From assembly GCA_964452145.1 (NCBI GenBank), contig CAYVLA010000005.1, positions 1 to 64,000 on the forward strand: DNA of 64,000 nt. The letters run 5' to 3'. The position numbers and the translations under genes were made by a program. The DNA is from Candidatus Hadarchaeota archaeon (GTDB taxonomy: Archaea; CAYQAE01; CAYVLA01). Below, piece by piece: positions 1 through 9,669 of this stretch (positions within the stretch are counted from its first letter, which is position 1; the number at the start of each line of letters is the position of its first letter). The notes beneath the pieces are model-generated. The model saw only the letters and a list, made by a program, of their open reading frames with translations, was not told the DNA's origin and ran no database searches.

Positions 1-28
1 TATCCCGTCTGACATAAATTCGTTAACT
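1..28. repeat. IS630 terminal inverted repeat (includes TA)
   Basis: Perfect 28-bp inverted match to 1058-1085; the transposase stop codon (25-23) lies within it. Confidence 0.95.
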
Positions 29-1026
29 CGTCTCCCTGAGAAGAAACCTTTGCATATCTAGATTGAACCTCTTGGTTCGAAAGTATGTGGCTATGGCTTT
101 CTTGAGATCTGGAAACGACGGACAATACCTTGATGCCAGCAGATCTTTCTCTACTTGTCTCCAGCACTCCTCTACGACGTTGAATTCAGGAGATGCTGTT
201 GGGAACCACCTTACCCTCAAGGTCAGCCTGTTCTTCCACTGGTACTCAAGAACTTTCTTCGACTTGTAGTGCTGTCGGGCTTTATCCAGGAAGAGGTAGC
301 ACCTCCCAAACTTCCTGTGAACCTTCTTCAAGAAGTCGAGGAAGGTGTCCTCGTTGAAGACATCGTACTGCCGGAAAATCTGCCTCCTATCAAAGCTTAA
401 GGCACCAAAGACGCACGTCCGCTGATGTGAACCTGTAACAAGGCAGATAGGCCTCACACCTTCCAAAGCCCAGACCCTCCTCAGTATGGCATCGTGTACG
501 AAAATGGATTCGTCAACAGACACTACGGTAAAGTCCTCTGGCAGCTGCTTGAGGATCCTCGATGCCCTTTTTTAAAAGCCGCCTTCTCCTCCTTCGAGGC
601 TGCCTTCACAAACCTCTTCTTGGGGACAACTGTTCTATAGCCCCATCTGTGTAGGAGCCTGTAGACCTGTCTGACGCTCAAGGCTGCGCCGGACTCCCTT
701 TCGATGAACTCCCACACCTCCTTAACCCTCCAGCTCTGGCTTTTCTCCGCCAGCTCTGTCCTTATTCTTATCTGCACGAGCGAATCTATCTTAGGAGGCC
801 TGCCGCTCCTCGGGGCATCCTTAAGACCGTCCAGTCCGTACCTTTCAAACCTTCTCAACCATTTCGAGGCCCACGCTCTCGTCCTATGAACCTCTCTCGC
901 AGCCTGGGCAGCGGTAACTCCGTCACCCCTGACCCTTAGAACCAATAGAAGCCTCTCTTTGACCTGCGGGTCGCCCTCTCGTCTATACGCCCCTTCCAAC
1001 AACTCTTCAGGCGATGCATCCACCAT
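23..1026 (-). CDS. IS630 transposase, split into orfA (HTH, 523-1026) and orfB (DDE) by a -1 frameshift
   Basis: orfA has the HTH signature WLRRFERYGLDGLKDAPRSGRPPK. orfB has VDES...LFLDKARQH...PEFNVVEECW. The junction is TTTTAAAAAAGGG (minus strand, 577-565). Confidence 0.92.
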
Positions 1027-1057
1027 AAAACAACAAGAGAAGAACTCTCATATAAAT

Positions 1058-1085
1058 AGTTAACGAATTTATGTCAGACGGGATA
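1058..1085. repeat. IS630 terminal inverted repeat (includes TA)
   Basis: AGTTAACGAATTTATGTCAGACGGGATA is the reverse complement of 1-28. Confidence 0.95.
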
Positions 1086-1287
1086 TCTTCCGATGCATGA
1101 TGCATGATGCATGCAACCACTCGCTGGTCGGAGATCCTAGTCTCTGGGCATTGGTCTCTGGTATGGTAAGACTGGTCGGGACCGCGGGGCCTGTGGACAT
1201 GCGCCCCGGGACTGGAAGTCTGCCGGTACTCTCAATGGCCGGATATCTCTAGACCGCCGTCGTGTGCCATCGGTCGCGGCGGCCTGC

Positions 1288-2553
1288 TCAGACCAGAGAT
1301 CGCAGGAGCTGAACCGACCGATCCACGACCTTGTCGCCCACATCGGGCTCAAAGGGGAATCTGCGGTAGAACTTGCAGGAGGCATCCGAGGCGTAGCCAC
1401 CTGCCTCAAAGTCCCTCTTCGAAGGGATGTACCCTATCACCGAGTTCGCGTTTGTCGCGATCAGTATCTCCAGGCCCGGGAAATGGCTCCTTATCGCCTC
1501 GCCGAACTCGAAAAAGACCTCTCCCGGAAGGGCGAGCACCACGGCCTCGCCGATCGTGAATGCCTGGATGCAGAGAGTCGCGGATCGTGCGTGGCGGTGA
1601 GATTCCAACATCCTGAGAGTCTCCTCCGCCCAGTCGATCTGGAAGCGTGCCTTGTTCTTGGGGTCCTCCACGACCTGCCTGGCTTTCTCCAAAGCGTCGC
1701 TGACGCTCTCCCTTGTCGGGATCGCGTATCCCGCCCTGAAGCTTATGCACGTCGCGCTGACTCCATCTGCCTTGAAGGACTTGCCTATCGATATGCCCCT
1801 CAGAGCAGCCCTGGAGAGCATGCCTGCGTAGCGGTCCGTGCATTGCCTCGTTCCCCGTCTTGGGCCTGCCTCGCTCGCGATCGGATCCAGGTCGCCGCAG
1901 GGCCCGGTCAGGAAAACGGATGAAACCCCGGCCCGGGCCATGAGCTCGTTGAAGCTCCCGGGGTAGTCCGCCGAGATCTCCTTGTTGCCGCCCATTGTGA
2001 CCGGATGGCACGCGTAGTTGGCCAGGGCTACAGTCCTCGTATCCGCCCTGAAAGCTATGCCGTGCACGCGGCGACTCACCGGTCCGTCTGCGAAAGCCCG
2101 GTTGTATGAGAATCCTGCGAATCGTACACGAAAACGCAAAGACCTGTCTACCCTACGAGTCGCTTCCGTGGCCTCCTCGCCCGCCCTTGCGGCCTCCTCC
2201 ACAAGTTTTCTGAGGTATCCTCCTCTCCTGCGTGGATCGCCCCTCAACGGTATGACGCTGGGGCCGGAGTGGGTGTGAGTACAGGTAAGCATGATGCAGT
2301 CTTTCCCAAGTCCCGTACGGGCCCCGATTTCTCTTCTCAACCGCCCTACCATGACCGAATCAAGGCCAAGAAGATCCAAGGCTAGAATCAGCGCAGGCTC
2401 ATCGTTCCCAAGCGCAACGGCTCGGGCATACAGAGGGTCTCCGACTGCGACCGCCCTTCGGTCTTGGAAGAACCCGTAGCCACTCAGCGGGATGCCGATT
2501 GGCGGGGTTATGTCTCGCCTTGCCCATCCGATCCGAAAGTGGTGTGCCATCAT
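1288..2553 (-). CDS. Neutral/alkaline ceramidase-like amidohydrolase
   Basis: Motifs RRDITPP..LSGY, DPLYARA, THTHSGP, NYACHP..ISADYPG, GPCGD and LPGEVF. Start placed at MMAHHF; the ORF extends to 2649. Confidence 0.75.
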   Translation of the reverse strand: MMAHHFRIGWARRDITPPIGIPLSGYGFFQDRRAVAVGDPLYARAVALGNDEPALILALDLLGLDSVMVGRLRREIGARTGLGKDCIMLTCTHTHSGPSVIPLRGDPRRRGGYLRKLVEEAARAGEEATEATRRVDRSLRFRVRFAGFSYNRAFADGPVSRRVHGIAFRADTRTVALANYACHPVTMGGNKEISADYPGSFNELMARAGVSSVFLTGPCGDLDPIASEAGPRRGTRQCTDRYAGMLSRAALRGISIGKSFKADGVSATCISFRAGYAIPTRESVSDALEKARQVVEDPKNKARFQIDWAEETLRMLESHRHARSATLCIQAFTIGEAVVLALPGEVFFEFGEAIRSHFPGLEILIATNANSVIGYIPSKRDFEAGGYASDASCKFYRRFPFEPDVGDKVVDRSVQLLRSLV

Positions 2554-2735
2554 GCCGTTGTCAGGCTTGGCTCTCGGGCTGGATTTATGTATCATCTCAG
2601 AGCCGGATTCGTCCATCCTCCGGCTCGCACTCCGGAGAGGTGCCATCACGCTTTCTCGGACGAGACGGGTTCAGCGCTCTGGTTAGGCATGGCCATGGGC
2701 GCCTCGTACCCCCCCATGGCCTGCTCATTGCTGCA

Positions 2736-4700
2736 TCATTGATCGCGGCTGTGAGGCGAAAGGGCGATGGGCTTGATTGGTCCCCGGCCAGGCCGCTCCA
2801 CTGGGACATTCTCCGTCATCGCCAACAGCTGGGGCACATCCAGCTCCTCCAGAAGCCCGAAGCATAACAGGGGAACGGCGCTGTCGTACTCAACCGGTAG
2901 CTGGATGAGGCGCTTGAGGGAATCATGCAGACCATCCAGGTACAGATGCGACAGGCGATCGGGTCGAAGAGCGGCCGCACACAGGCAGGCAAACGAAGTA
3001 ACCAGCCCCATGGCATGAAGCCTCACCCTTGATGCCGATCTCAATGATGCCGCCCACTCCTCGATGGCCAAGATCTGCCCCGCTAGGATTCCCAACGGAC
3101 GCTCTCCCGTTGCGGCCAGGACCATTTGGTACTGGCTCGGATACCTGCGCTCCCCTGTGCCGAAGACATCGGCCGCCATAGCTGCCCTACCTCTTCTGGC
3201 CTCGGCCTTCACAATGCCGGCCGTAGACGGGCGACCGCCATCGGAGAGGACGATGCTCAAAGCATCATCGCTTGTGATCTTCCCCGCCTCTTGGCGGGGC
3301 GCGATCTCGGTCACGGCAACCGTCCAGATGTCATCCATGTACAGCCGGTGCTGGCGACCAACTCCATCGTCCCCTGCGGACTCGTACCTGACATTGAATG
3401 CATGCAGATGGATGATGTCGGCAAGAGTCTTCCTTGCCTTCTCGATCCAGCCAGGCAGTTCAGCCGCATCCCCGGGCACCTTCAGACGCGGGAGCTCCCT
3501 TGATGCCCGCTCGGCAAGGGAGGGTATTGTTGCATTGTCCTCTGGGATGCCCACCTCAAGCTGGGACTCGCTGAGGAGCTCATCACGGTAAGGCAGATCG
3601 TTCCAGGGGGTATCCATGCGGAAGTGCTCGTTCAGGAAGCGGTACAGCTGGCTGCGGTTGTCCGACTCATAGTTGTGCGTCCCAGGATTAGTGTTGTCAT
3701 AGAACTGAATATTGTCAGGCACTCCCAGGAGAGAATAGAGGGGACGTACCGGTTCGTAGATGCTCACCCGGGTACGGTCGGATTTGAAACAGCAATCGTC
3801 GTTGCGATTGTAGATTAGGAGGCTGGGCCTTGGGGCGAAGAGCGCTGTCAGGGTGTCGAAATCGGCCACGGTGCAGAGGTCCGTTGGCGTCTGCTCAAGA
3901 TCGCCTATGTCGGACCTGCACGACGGGCGCTGCCAGACGGGGGAGTGCCCAGCCACGGGCACCACGACCCGTATTCTCTCGTCCAAGGCACTCAGAACCG
4001 CAGTCTGCCAGCCTCCTCCGGAGAGCCCCGTCATGGCCACCCTCTCAGGGTCGCAGTTGGGATGCGAGAGAAGGACATCCAAGGCCCGCTTCATAGCCAT
4101 GTAGAAGATGGCGACTCCGGCCTTGCCGCAGAGGTCCATGTACGATATGCGGTTGTGGGGGACGTTCATCGTGAGTTCGCCCATCCCGATGAACTCGGTG
4201 CTCAGGGCCAGCATTCCCCGCTTGGCAAGATTGATGCATCTGGCCTGTTTGTAGTCCATTGCCTTGCCCCCAGCGTGATGGCCGTTCGGGTTGAGCACCC
4301 CCGGGATCTTCCCCTCTGAAAACGTCGGCTCATAGAGGAGGGCAGGGATCCACATTCCCGGGTAGCCTTCGTAGAGGAGCTTGCGAATCCGGTATCCATG
4401 ACAGGTCTCGATGACGCCCTTCCACCTGACCTCGGGTTTGAGTTTCAAGAGAGTCTCCGGGTGGCCCTTCAGATACACTCTCTCCAGAAACCTCCTCCTC
4501 AGCTGGGACGCCTCGGCCAGCCAGGCCTCGGAATCGTCAGGGCATGTGAATCGTCTGATCCTGGCCAGGACGTAGCGGTGAAGCTCGCAGCGGGCCGGGT
4601 CCTCCGGATCCGGTTCCGGCAGTAGACGCTCAGAGAGTAGGTGATCGACCTGCTTGTCCCACTCCAGATCGCTGGATACTCGAATTCCGTTGTCTGCCAT
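2736..4700 (-). CDS. Alpha/beta-hydrolase, acetyl xylan esterase-like
   Basis: Nucleophile elbow MTGLSGGGWQT; also IPALLYEP, GVLNPNGH, APRPSLL and THNY. A second, degenerate hydrolase domain follows. Confidence 0.8.
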   Translation of the reverse strand: MADNGIRVSSDLEWDKQVDHLLSERLLPEPDPEDPARCELHRYVLARIRRFTCPDDSEAWLAEASQLRRRFLERVYLKGHPETLLKLKPEVRWKGVIETCHGYRIRKLLYEGYPGMWIPALLYEPTFSEGKIPGVLNPNGHHAGGKAMDYKQARCINLAKRGMLALSTEFIGMGELTMNVPHNRISYMDLCGKAGVAIFYMAMKRALDVLLSHPNCDPERVAMTGLSGGGWQTAVLSALDERIRVVVPVAGHSPVWQRPSCRSDIGDLEQTPTDLCTVADFDTLTALFAPRPSLLIYNRNDDCCFKSDRTRVSIYEPVRPLYSLLGVPDNIQFYDNTNPGTHNYESDNRSQLYRFLNEHFRMDTPWNDLPYRDELLSESQLEVGIPEDNATIPSLAERASRELPRLKVPGDAAELPGWIEKARKTLADIIHLHAFNVRYESAGDDGVGRQHRLYMDDIWTVAVTEIAPRQEAGKITSDDALSIVLSDGGRPSTAGIVKAEARRGRAAMAADVFGTGERRYPSQYQMVLAATGERPLGILAGQILAIEEWAASLRSASRVRLHAMGLVTSFACLCAAALRPDRLSHLYLDGLHDSLKRLIQLPVEYDSAVPLLCFGLLEELDVPQLLAMTENVPVERPGRGPIKPIALSPHSRDQ

Positions 4701-5019
4701 CCGTCAACCCTCGCATCCGGCCCTCCGGGCCTTTGACCTTGAAATGCATTTCTTCCACCGACCGACTCGAGTCGGACATAATGCTCGCATGGGCATACCC
4801 CTTCGAAGCATCGTTAAAGACTTTCTCAATCCCAACGTTTCCTCGCGTGCATAGCGCCGTTGGTCGCCTGATCGGGCAAATACTCCGCAGACCTCTTTCC
4901 TCCACGGAACATTGGGTGTGATGAACACTAGACCGCTCGCTGCAAAGGCCGCGGCGTCAGATGCGGATCCTCACGCCCGCTGGCCGATGATCAGATATCC
5001 CGTTCATGCCCACACGACC

Positions 5020-5526
5020 CTACTGCCAAGGCCAGTATACCTTCCAAGGCCAGCAGACCTTGTTGACCAGTTCGTATCTCCCATGGTCGTACCGGATGCA
5101 GGCAACGCCTTCTGCGTTGCCGACCTCGATTGCGTCAGGGTCGAAGTCTGATGTGGATACTATGCCTAGGTAATCGAAAGCTGGAAAGCTATGAAAGAAG
5201 CCTCCGCGGCTTCTCTGATTCCTGGCGACGAGGTCCACGACATCTTCTCTGCGGATCTTTCGGTTGAGGTGCTTGCACTCCAGCCAGATATGGCCCCTGG
5301 AGAATAGGCTCCCCGGTACCCGCGCGTGAACATGAACGTCGATCTCGTACGGACGCAAATCCTCAGCTCTTGGGCTGACCCTTTCCCTAATCCTGACGTC
5401 ATCCGTCCTGAAACGCCGCTTTGCCCATCTAGCCACGGTTTCTTCGAACTCGCGTCCGCGGAAATATGCCTTCCTCCCGGCCCTCTCCGTGTTCAGGAGG
5501 CTTGTCCTGCGCAGTGCCTCGACCAC
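5020..5526 (-). CDS. Mrr-like PD-(D/E)XK restriction endonuclease domain protein
   Basis: GREFEETVA...EIDV...WLECK...IVSTSDFDPDAIE matches the Mrr catalytic pattern. Start is uncertain: GTG 5526 follows a TATA-like element near 5585, but the ORF is open to 5763. Confidence 0.7.
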   Translation of the reverse strand: MVEALRRTSLLNTERAGRKAYFRGREFEETVARWAKRRFRTDDVRIRERVSPRAEDLRPYEIDVHVHARVPGSLFSRGHIWLECKHLNRKIRREDVVDLVARNQRSRGGFFHSFPAFDYLGIVSTSDFDPDAIEVGNAEGVACIRYDHGRYELVNKVCWPWKVYWPWQ

Positions 5527-5905
5527 TCCGCCAGGCAGGGTCTGACCATCCTTCGCTTTCTGACGGACTTCTTCTGGCGTAATAAAGCTTTGGCAAACAG
5601 CAAACAACACGAACGTACAAGCCATGCCCGCCCCGTTCTGCGTCAAAGCGCCGTCTCTGCGCTCGGCCTCTGTCAAAGTTGCAGATCCGGACCCGACCAG
5701 CATGCACAGATGATCTCCTCTCGCTCCTCGCACATGGTTCTTGGCACGCTTATGCGCCGACAACGGGAAGGCATCATTTTTGTGCCATCACTGATTTCCC
5801 GTCTCTAGGATGTGGTTGCCTCTGTATGTTTCTCGGCGTTTCACCAACCCGGTAAAGCGTGTCTCATCCGAGCAGATCTTCTGCAAGGTCCACCTATCGG
5901 CGGCC

Positions 5906-8734
5906 ATGGGGATGCTGCTTGCGATCATCCTTCCGTTCGTGCATGCGTCATCTCCTCCTTACGGCGTTCACCTATCTTGGGAGAGCGAGCCATACTCATC
6001 CCTGACCGTGACTTGGCGAACCGACTCGGTACAAGCAAGCATCGTTGAGTACGGGCTCAGCGATTCCTACGGGCACGGCGCGACGGGGGCACCGGGAGAG
6101 ATCCATCATGTGCGGCTGACGGGTCTTCTCCCATCCACTCGATATTGGTACAGGTGTGGTGATGGCCTCACCTGGAGCCATGGATCCAGCTTCGTGACGG
6201 GTCCTGCTGATGACAGAAGATACTCTTTCGCTGCTTACGGCGATGACCGAAGCAACTACGATGTCAGGAGATCCGTGGGGCTTTCGATTCTGAATTCGGG
6301 AGCTGAGTTCGCGCTGCACACGGGGGATCTGGTGAGCGATGGGAGAGTGCAGGCACAATGGGACCTTTGGTTCGAGTCTCTCAACGAACTCCTCTCAAGC
6401 AAGGTGGTGATGCCGGTGCTCGGCAACCATGAGGAGAACTCGCCGCTGTACTTCGATCAGTTCGCCCTCCCCGGCAACGAGCAATGGTACTCCTTCGAAT
6501 ATGGCAACGCGCGCTTCTTCGCCCTGAACACGGAAACGATTCCGGAGGGGGAGCAGTTGATCTGGCTCCAAGAGGAGCTGGCCAGATGCAACTCGACATG
6601 GAAGTTCGTCTACTTCCACAGGCCGATGTACAGCTCGGGATACCACGGGTCTGATCTCGGCGTTAGACATGCATGGGAGGAGACGCTGATCAGGAATGGC
6701 GTGGACGTCGTTTTCTGCGGCCACAACCACATCTACGAGAGGACCAAGCCGATTCGGCTGGGAGCCATAACAGAGACGACGGAGGGAATCGTGCACCTGG
6801 TAACCGGGGGAGGAGGCGCAGGGCTCCACAACCTCGGGGCTGTGCTCGCTCCTTGGACCGAGATCGCCGTAAGCGAGCATCACTACCTAGTTGTGACCGT
6901 GAAGGGTGGGTCGTTGCATTGTGAGGCCAGACTCCCCGACGGAACCGTGTTTGATCGGTTCGAGATTCATAAGGACATACTCCCCGACCTAAAGGTCGCC
7001 TTGCTATCCACGGAACCCGAGTACCCCATGCCCGGCAAGGCCTCAGAGATCTCGGTCGTCATCAGCAACGAGGGGGGCGCACAGGCTCCGGAATCCGTGA
7101 CCGCAATCCTCATCGACGGAGAGGTTGGATGGCAGATCCCGCTTCCCAGGATTCAACCCTGCGAGCATACGATTGTCAAGGTTGAATGGATCCCCGAAGT
7201 TGCAGGATCGAGGAACATGACCGTCGTGGTCGACTTCTTGGATTGGGTCGACGAAGGCCTTCGGGAAGACAATAATGCAGTCTCCCACCAGATCATCGCA
7301 TCGGAGCCCAGAGCCGATCTTCACATTGTCGACATGACCTGCCGCCCTGCTCCCCCCCGGGTCAACGAGCCCGTCATGCTCCTCGTCTCGGTCGGAAACA
7401 TCGGCAGCGATTCCTCGGGGCCTTTCCAGGTTAATGTCTCCGTTGGGGGCGGGGAATTTAGTCATACGGCGATAGTCCAGAACCTATCACCCGGCGCCGT
7501 GGCCACGATAGAGACACCTTGGATGGCCAGGGCTGGTGATTGGGTGTTCTCCGTCCTCATCGACCCCGGAGACGAGTTGGAGGAGCTGAGAAAGCACAAC
7601 AATCGCAGAAGCATCGTCCTGCCTGTCACTGAGGTCGTCAAGGAAGGTCCTGCCTACATTGCGGCGGGCATAAAGGCCGGAAGGCCGACGGTAGTGTACT
7701 ACAATGCCTCGGAGGGGCTGATTGGGGACTTCTCTGCAAGTTGCGTCGTCACCTGGGGGGTCGACGGCTGGCAAAGGCCACATGTACTGCTTGCTGAACC
7801 CCCGACATTGGCACTCAGCCGAACATTCGAAACGAGTATGCAGAGGTTCAGCGACGAACTCTGGTTATGCCTGTTGCCCTCAAGCCAGGATATACAAACA
7901 ATCGATCTCAGATTCTCTGATCGCCCAGTCAATCCAAGCATCGTGGACGATAACAACGGGAGGAATTGGCGGATCATAGGACATCCCTGGGCTGAGGCAA
8001 GACTCGCCGGGCTTGCTGCAGCGGTTCAAGATGCAGCCACCGTGGGGGTGGATGTCTCGGCCTACGTTGAGCTTCTGGGTTTGGCGGGGGAGTTGCTGGA
8101 TGCGGGTGACTACCGTGGGTTGGAAGACTTGGTCGGGAACACCACCGCGGAAGTGAGACGGAAGGAAGGCATGGCGGTGCTAGCTCTGGGAGAGATCGAA
8201 TATGCTCGGGGTGTCAAGGAAGGACTCAATCTCGGGAGAGTGCGAATATATCTTGATGGGGCAAGAACCGAGCTGGAAAGGGGTAACTTCCACACCTCCA
8301 AGAATCTCTGTCGCCTGGCTCTGGACCTAATCGAGCAGGCGCGGGCCCAGATCGACGAACCCATCGCTCTTCTGGTAGCATCGGTCCTCCTGCTTTTCGT
8401 ATGTCGGGCTGGGTCAGCCATGTCCCGATCTCTGTTTGCCTTTGGCGCGGCATGTCCCCGTACCAGAGACAGCGTCGTCGGTCGACCATGGAAACAAGAT
8501 CGATTCGGGGTGGCAGGGTTTACACGAATGCCTGCGGAGGTAGCGCCCTGCAGTCGCATCACCAGGTTCAGGCGGCCGCATCGATGCGCATGCTTCACGA
8601 CCACGGCCACCCGGCGTTCTGGATGGTGGGTGCCGATGCAGGGACGCAAGGGCGAGAGACGCGGTCATGATAGGTGGACCCGGCGGCGGTCAACCTACGG
8701 GCAGTCTGGCAGGACTTACGGGGGCACACTATGA
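5906..8734 (+). CDS. Secreted, membrane-anchored metallophosphoesterase (purple acid phosphatase-like) with two CARDB domains, a CBM25/53-like domain, a helical stalk and a TM segment
   Basis: Signal peptide and FN3-like N-domain (VHLSW, YWYRCG). Metal motifs GD, HTGDLV, LGNHE, FHRP and GHNHIYER. Two repeats of (P/A)DL...N.G...D...E..E.NN, then WGVDGW...DDNNGRNW, then TM IALLVASVLLLFV. Confidence 0.85.
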   Translation: MGMLLAIILPFVHASSPPYGVHLSWESEPYSSLTVTWRTDSVQASIVEYGLSDSYGHGATGAPGEIHHVRLTGLLPSTRYWYRCGDGLTWSHGSSFVTGPADDRRYSFAAYGDDRSNYDVRRSVGLSILNSGAEFALHTGDLVSDGRVQAQWDLWFESLNELLSSKVVMPVLGNHEENSPLYFDQFALPGNEQWYSFEYGNARFFALNTETIPEGEQLIWLQEELARCNSTWKFVYFHRPMYSSGYHGSDLGVRHAWEETLIRNGVDVVFCGHNHIYERTKPIRLGAITETTEGIVHLVTGGGGAGLHNLGAVLAPWTEIAVSEHHYLVVTVKGGSLHCEARLPDGTVFDRFEIHKDILPDLKVALLSTEPEYPMPGKASEISVVISNEGGAQAPESVTAILIDGEVGWQIPLPRIQPCEHTIVKVEWIPEVAGSRNMTVVVDFLDWVDEGLREDNNAVSHQIIASEPRADLHIVDMTCRPAPPRVNEPVMLLVSVGNIGSDSSGPFQVNVSVGGGEFSHTAIVQNLSPGAVATIETPWMARAGDWVFSVLIDPGDELEELRKHNNRRSIVLPVTEVVKEGPAYIAAGIKAGRPTVVYYNASEGLIGDFSASCVVTWGVDGWQRPHVLLAEPPTLALSRTFETSMQRFSDELWLCLLPSSQDIQTIDLRFSDRPVNPSIVDDNNGRNWRIIGHPWAEARLAGLAAAVQDAATVGVDVSAYVELLGLAGELLDAGDYRGLEDLVGNTTAEVRRKEGMAVLALGEIEYARGVKEGLNLGRVRIYLDGARTELERGNFHTSKNLCRLALDLIEQARAQIDEPIALLVASVLLLFVCRAGSAMSRSLFAFGAACPRTRDSVVGRPWKQDRFGVAGFTRMPAEVAPCSRITRFRRPHRCACFTTTATRRSGWWVPMQGRKGERRGHDRWTRRRSTYGQSGRTYGGTL

Positions 8735-8817
8735 CGTTTCCACCGGAACCTTCTCAGCGAGAAAGATCAGGCGAATATTTTTCTCGACTCTCAGCTGTAG
8801 GCTTACGGGGCATCCCA

Positions 8818-9669
8818 GTGGACCGAGGGCTGGCTGGCATCCTGCTGATTTGTCTAGTGGCATCGACGATCTTCACTTTTCTCTTCATGGGGCTGAAGCC
8901 TGACGAGGCCTTGACGCTGATCCGCCAAGAAGCCTTCGGAGGGGGCCTTGAGAAAGTCCAGACATATTCCATCGAGCTTCTGACCAGGAAACCGGCCAAA
9001 GCACTTGAGTTCCGGTTCTACTACCTTGTGAGGGTCGACCGGAGTACACACGAAGCCCTCATGACGGTTTTCGAATCATCCGGGATCAACCGGCCGTCCG
9101 AAGATGCTCTCATGAGCGCGCCAAAGGTGAAGTCCATGTTGGCACTAATGGAATCCTTTCCCACTCGCCCCGGCCATGAGTACTTCCAGGACGAGGCAGT
9201 CTACGAGGATAGGTTCCACAGGTCCAGATACGATCTGGGCGTCTTGGACCTGCACAGTTTTCTCAGGCATCTCCCCTCCGACGCCGCCCCCGCGGCCTAC
9301 GGATGCCATCTGGTCTTTGCTGCCCTCTTCCACGAAGGCAACATCTCCTTCTATGAGGGTGTCCGGGACTTCTATCTTGACCGTTCCCGATCAATCGGGG
9401 AAATCTCCTACGGAACGGGGGACGAATCTTATCTGTTCGAAAACCGAGTCGTGACCGTGCCCCGCGCCGTGCAATATGTGGATGTCGCCCAGGCGCCACC
9501 CTTCGGGACGATACGTTTTGAGGATGTTGGAGCCAAGGAGACCGTGAGAGTCCTCTTCACGACAAGGCACCTAGCCGGGCCGGGCATGCTGATCACAAGG
9601 GTCGTGCTCGACGGGAAGGTCGAGAAGACCTACTACAGGTTCGTTGGCTGGCCCGAACAGGCCTACTGA
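8818..9669 (+). CDS. Uncharacterised protein with N-terminal membrane anchor (family B, copy 1)
   Basis: N-terminal TM (GLAGILLICLVASTIFTFLF); aligns by eye with 39401-40240. The ORF is open from 8674. Confidence 0.75.
   Translation: MDRGLAGILLICLVASTIFTFLFMGLKPDEALTLIRQEAFGGGLEKVQTYSIELLTRKPAKALEFRFYYLVRVDRSTHEALMTVFESSGINRPSEDALMSAPKVKSMLALMESFPTRPGHEYFQDEAVYEDRFHRSRYDLGVLDLHSFLRHLPSDAAPAAYGCHLVFAALFHEGNISFYEGVRDFYLDRSRSIGEISYGTGDESYLFENRVVTVPRAVQYVDVAQAPPFGTIRFEDVGAKETVRVLFTTRHLAGPGMLITRVVLDGKVEKTYYRFVGWPEQAY

Larger units (their letters stand above)
1..1085 (-). mobile_element. Complete IS630/Tc1-mariner family insertion sequence with TA target dinucleotides at both ends
   Basis: Positions 1-28 (TATCCCGTCTGACATAAATTCGTTAACT) are the exact reverse complement of 1058-1085; both ends carry TA. 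The element encloses an HTH orfA and a DDE orfB. Confidence 0.95.

Noticed and set aside
1092..1112. (GATGCAT)x3 beside the IS end
   Set aside because: Too short, with no spacers; not a CRISPR and not the target duplication (the IS630 target is TA).
8410..8734. About 110-aa extension of the phosphoesterase ORF after its TM segment
   Set aside because: The composition looks non-coding (Arg/Gly/Cys-rich, no motif). Probably a lost stop or chance open frame in GC-rich DNA; not treated as a domain.
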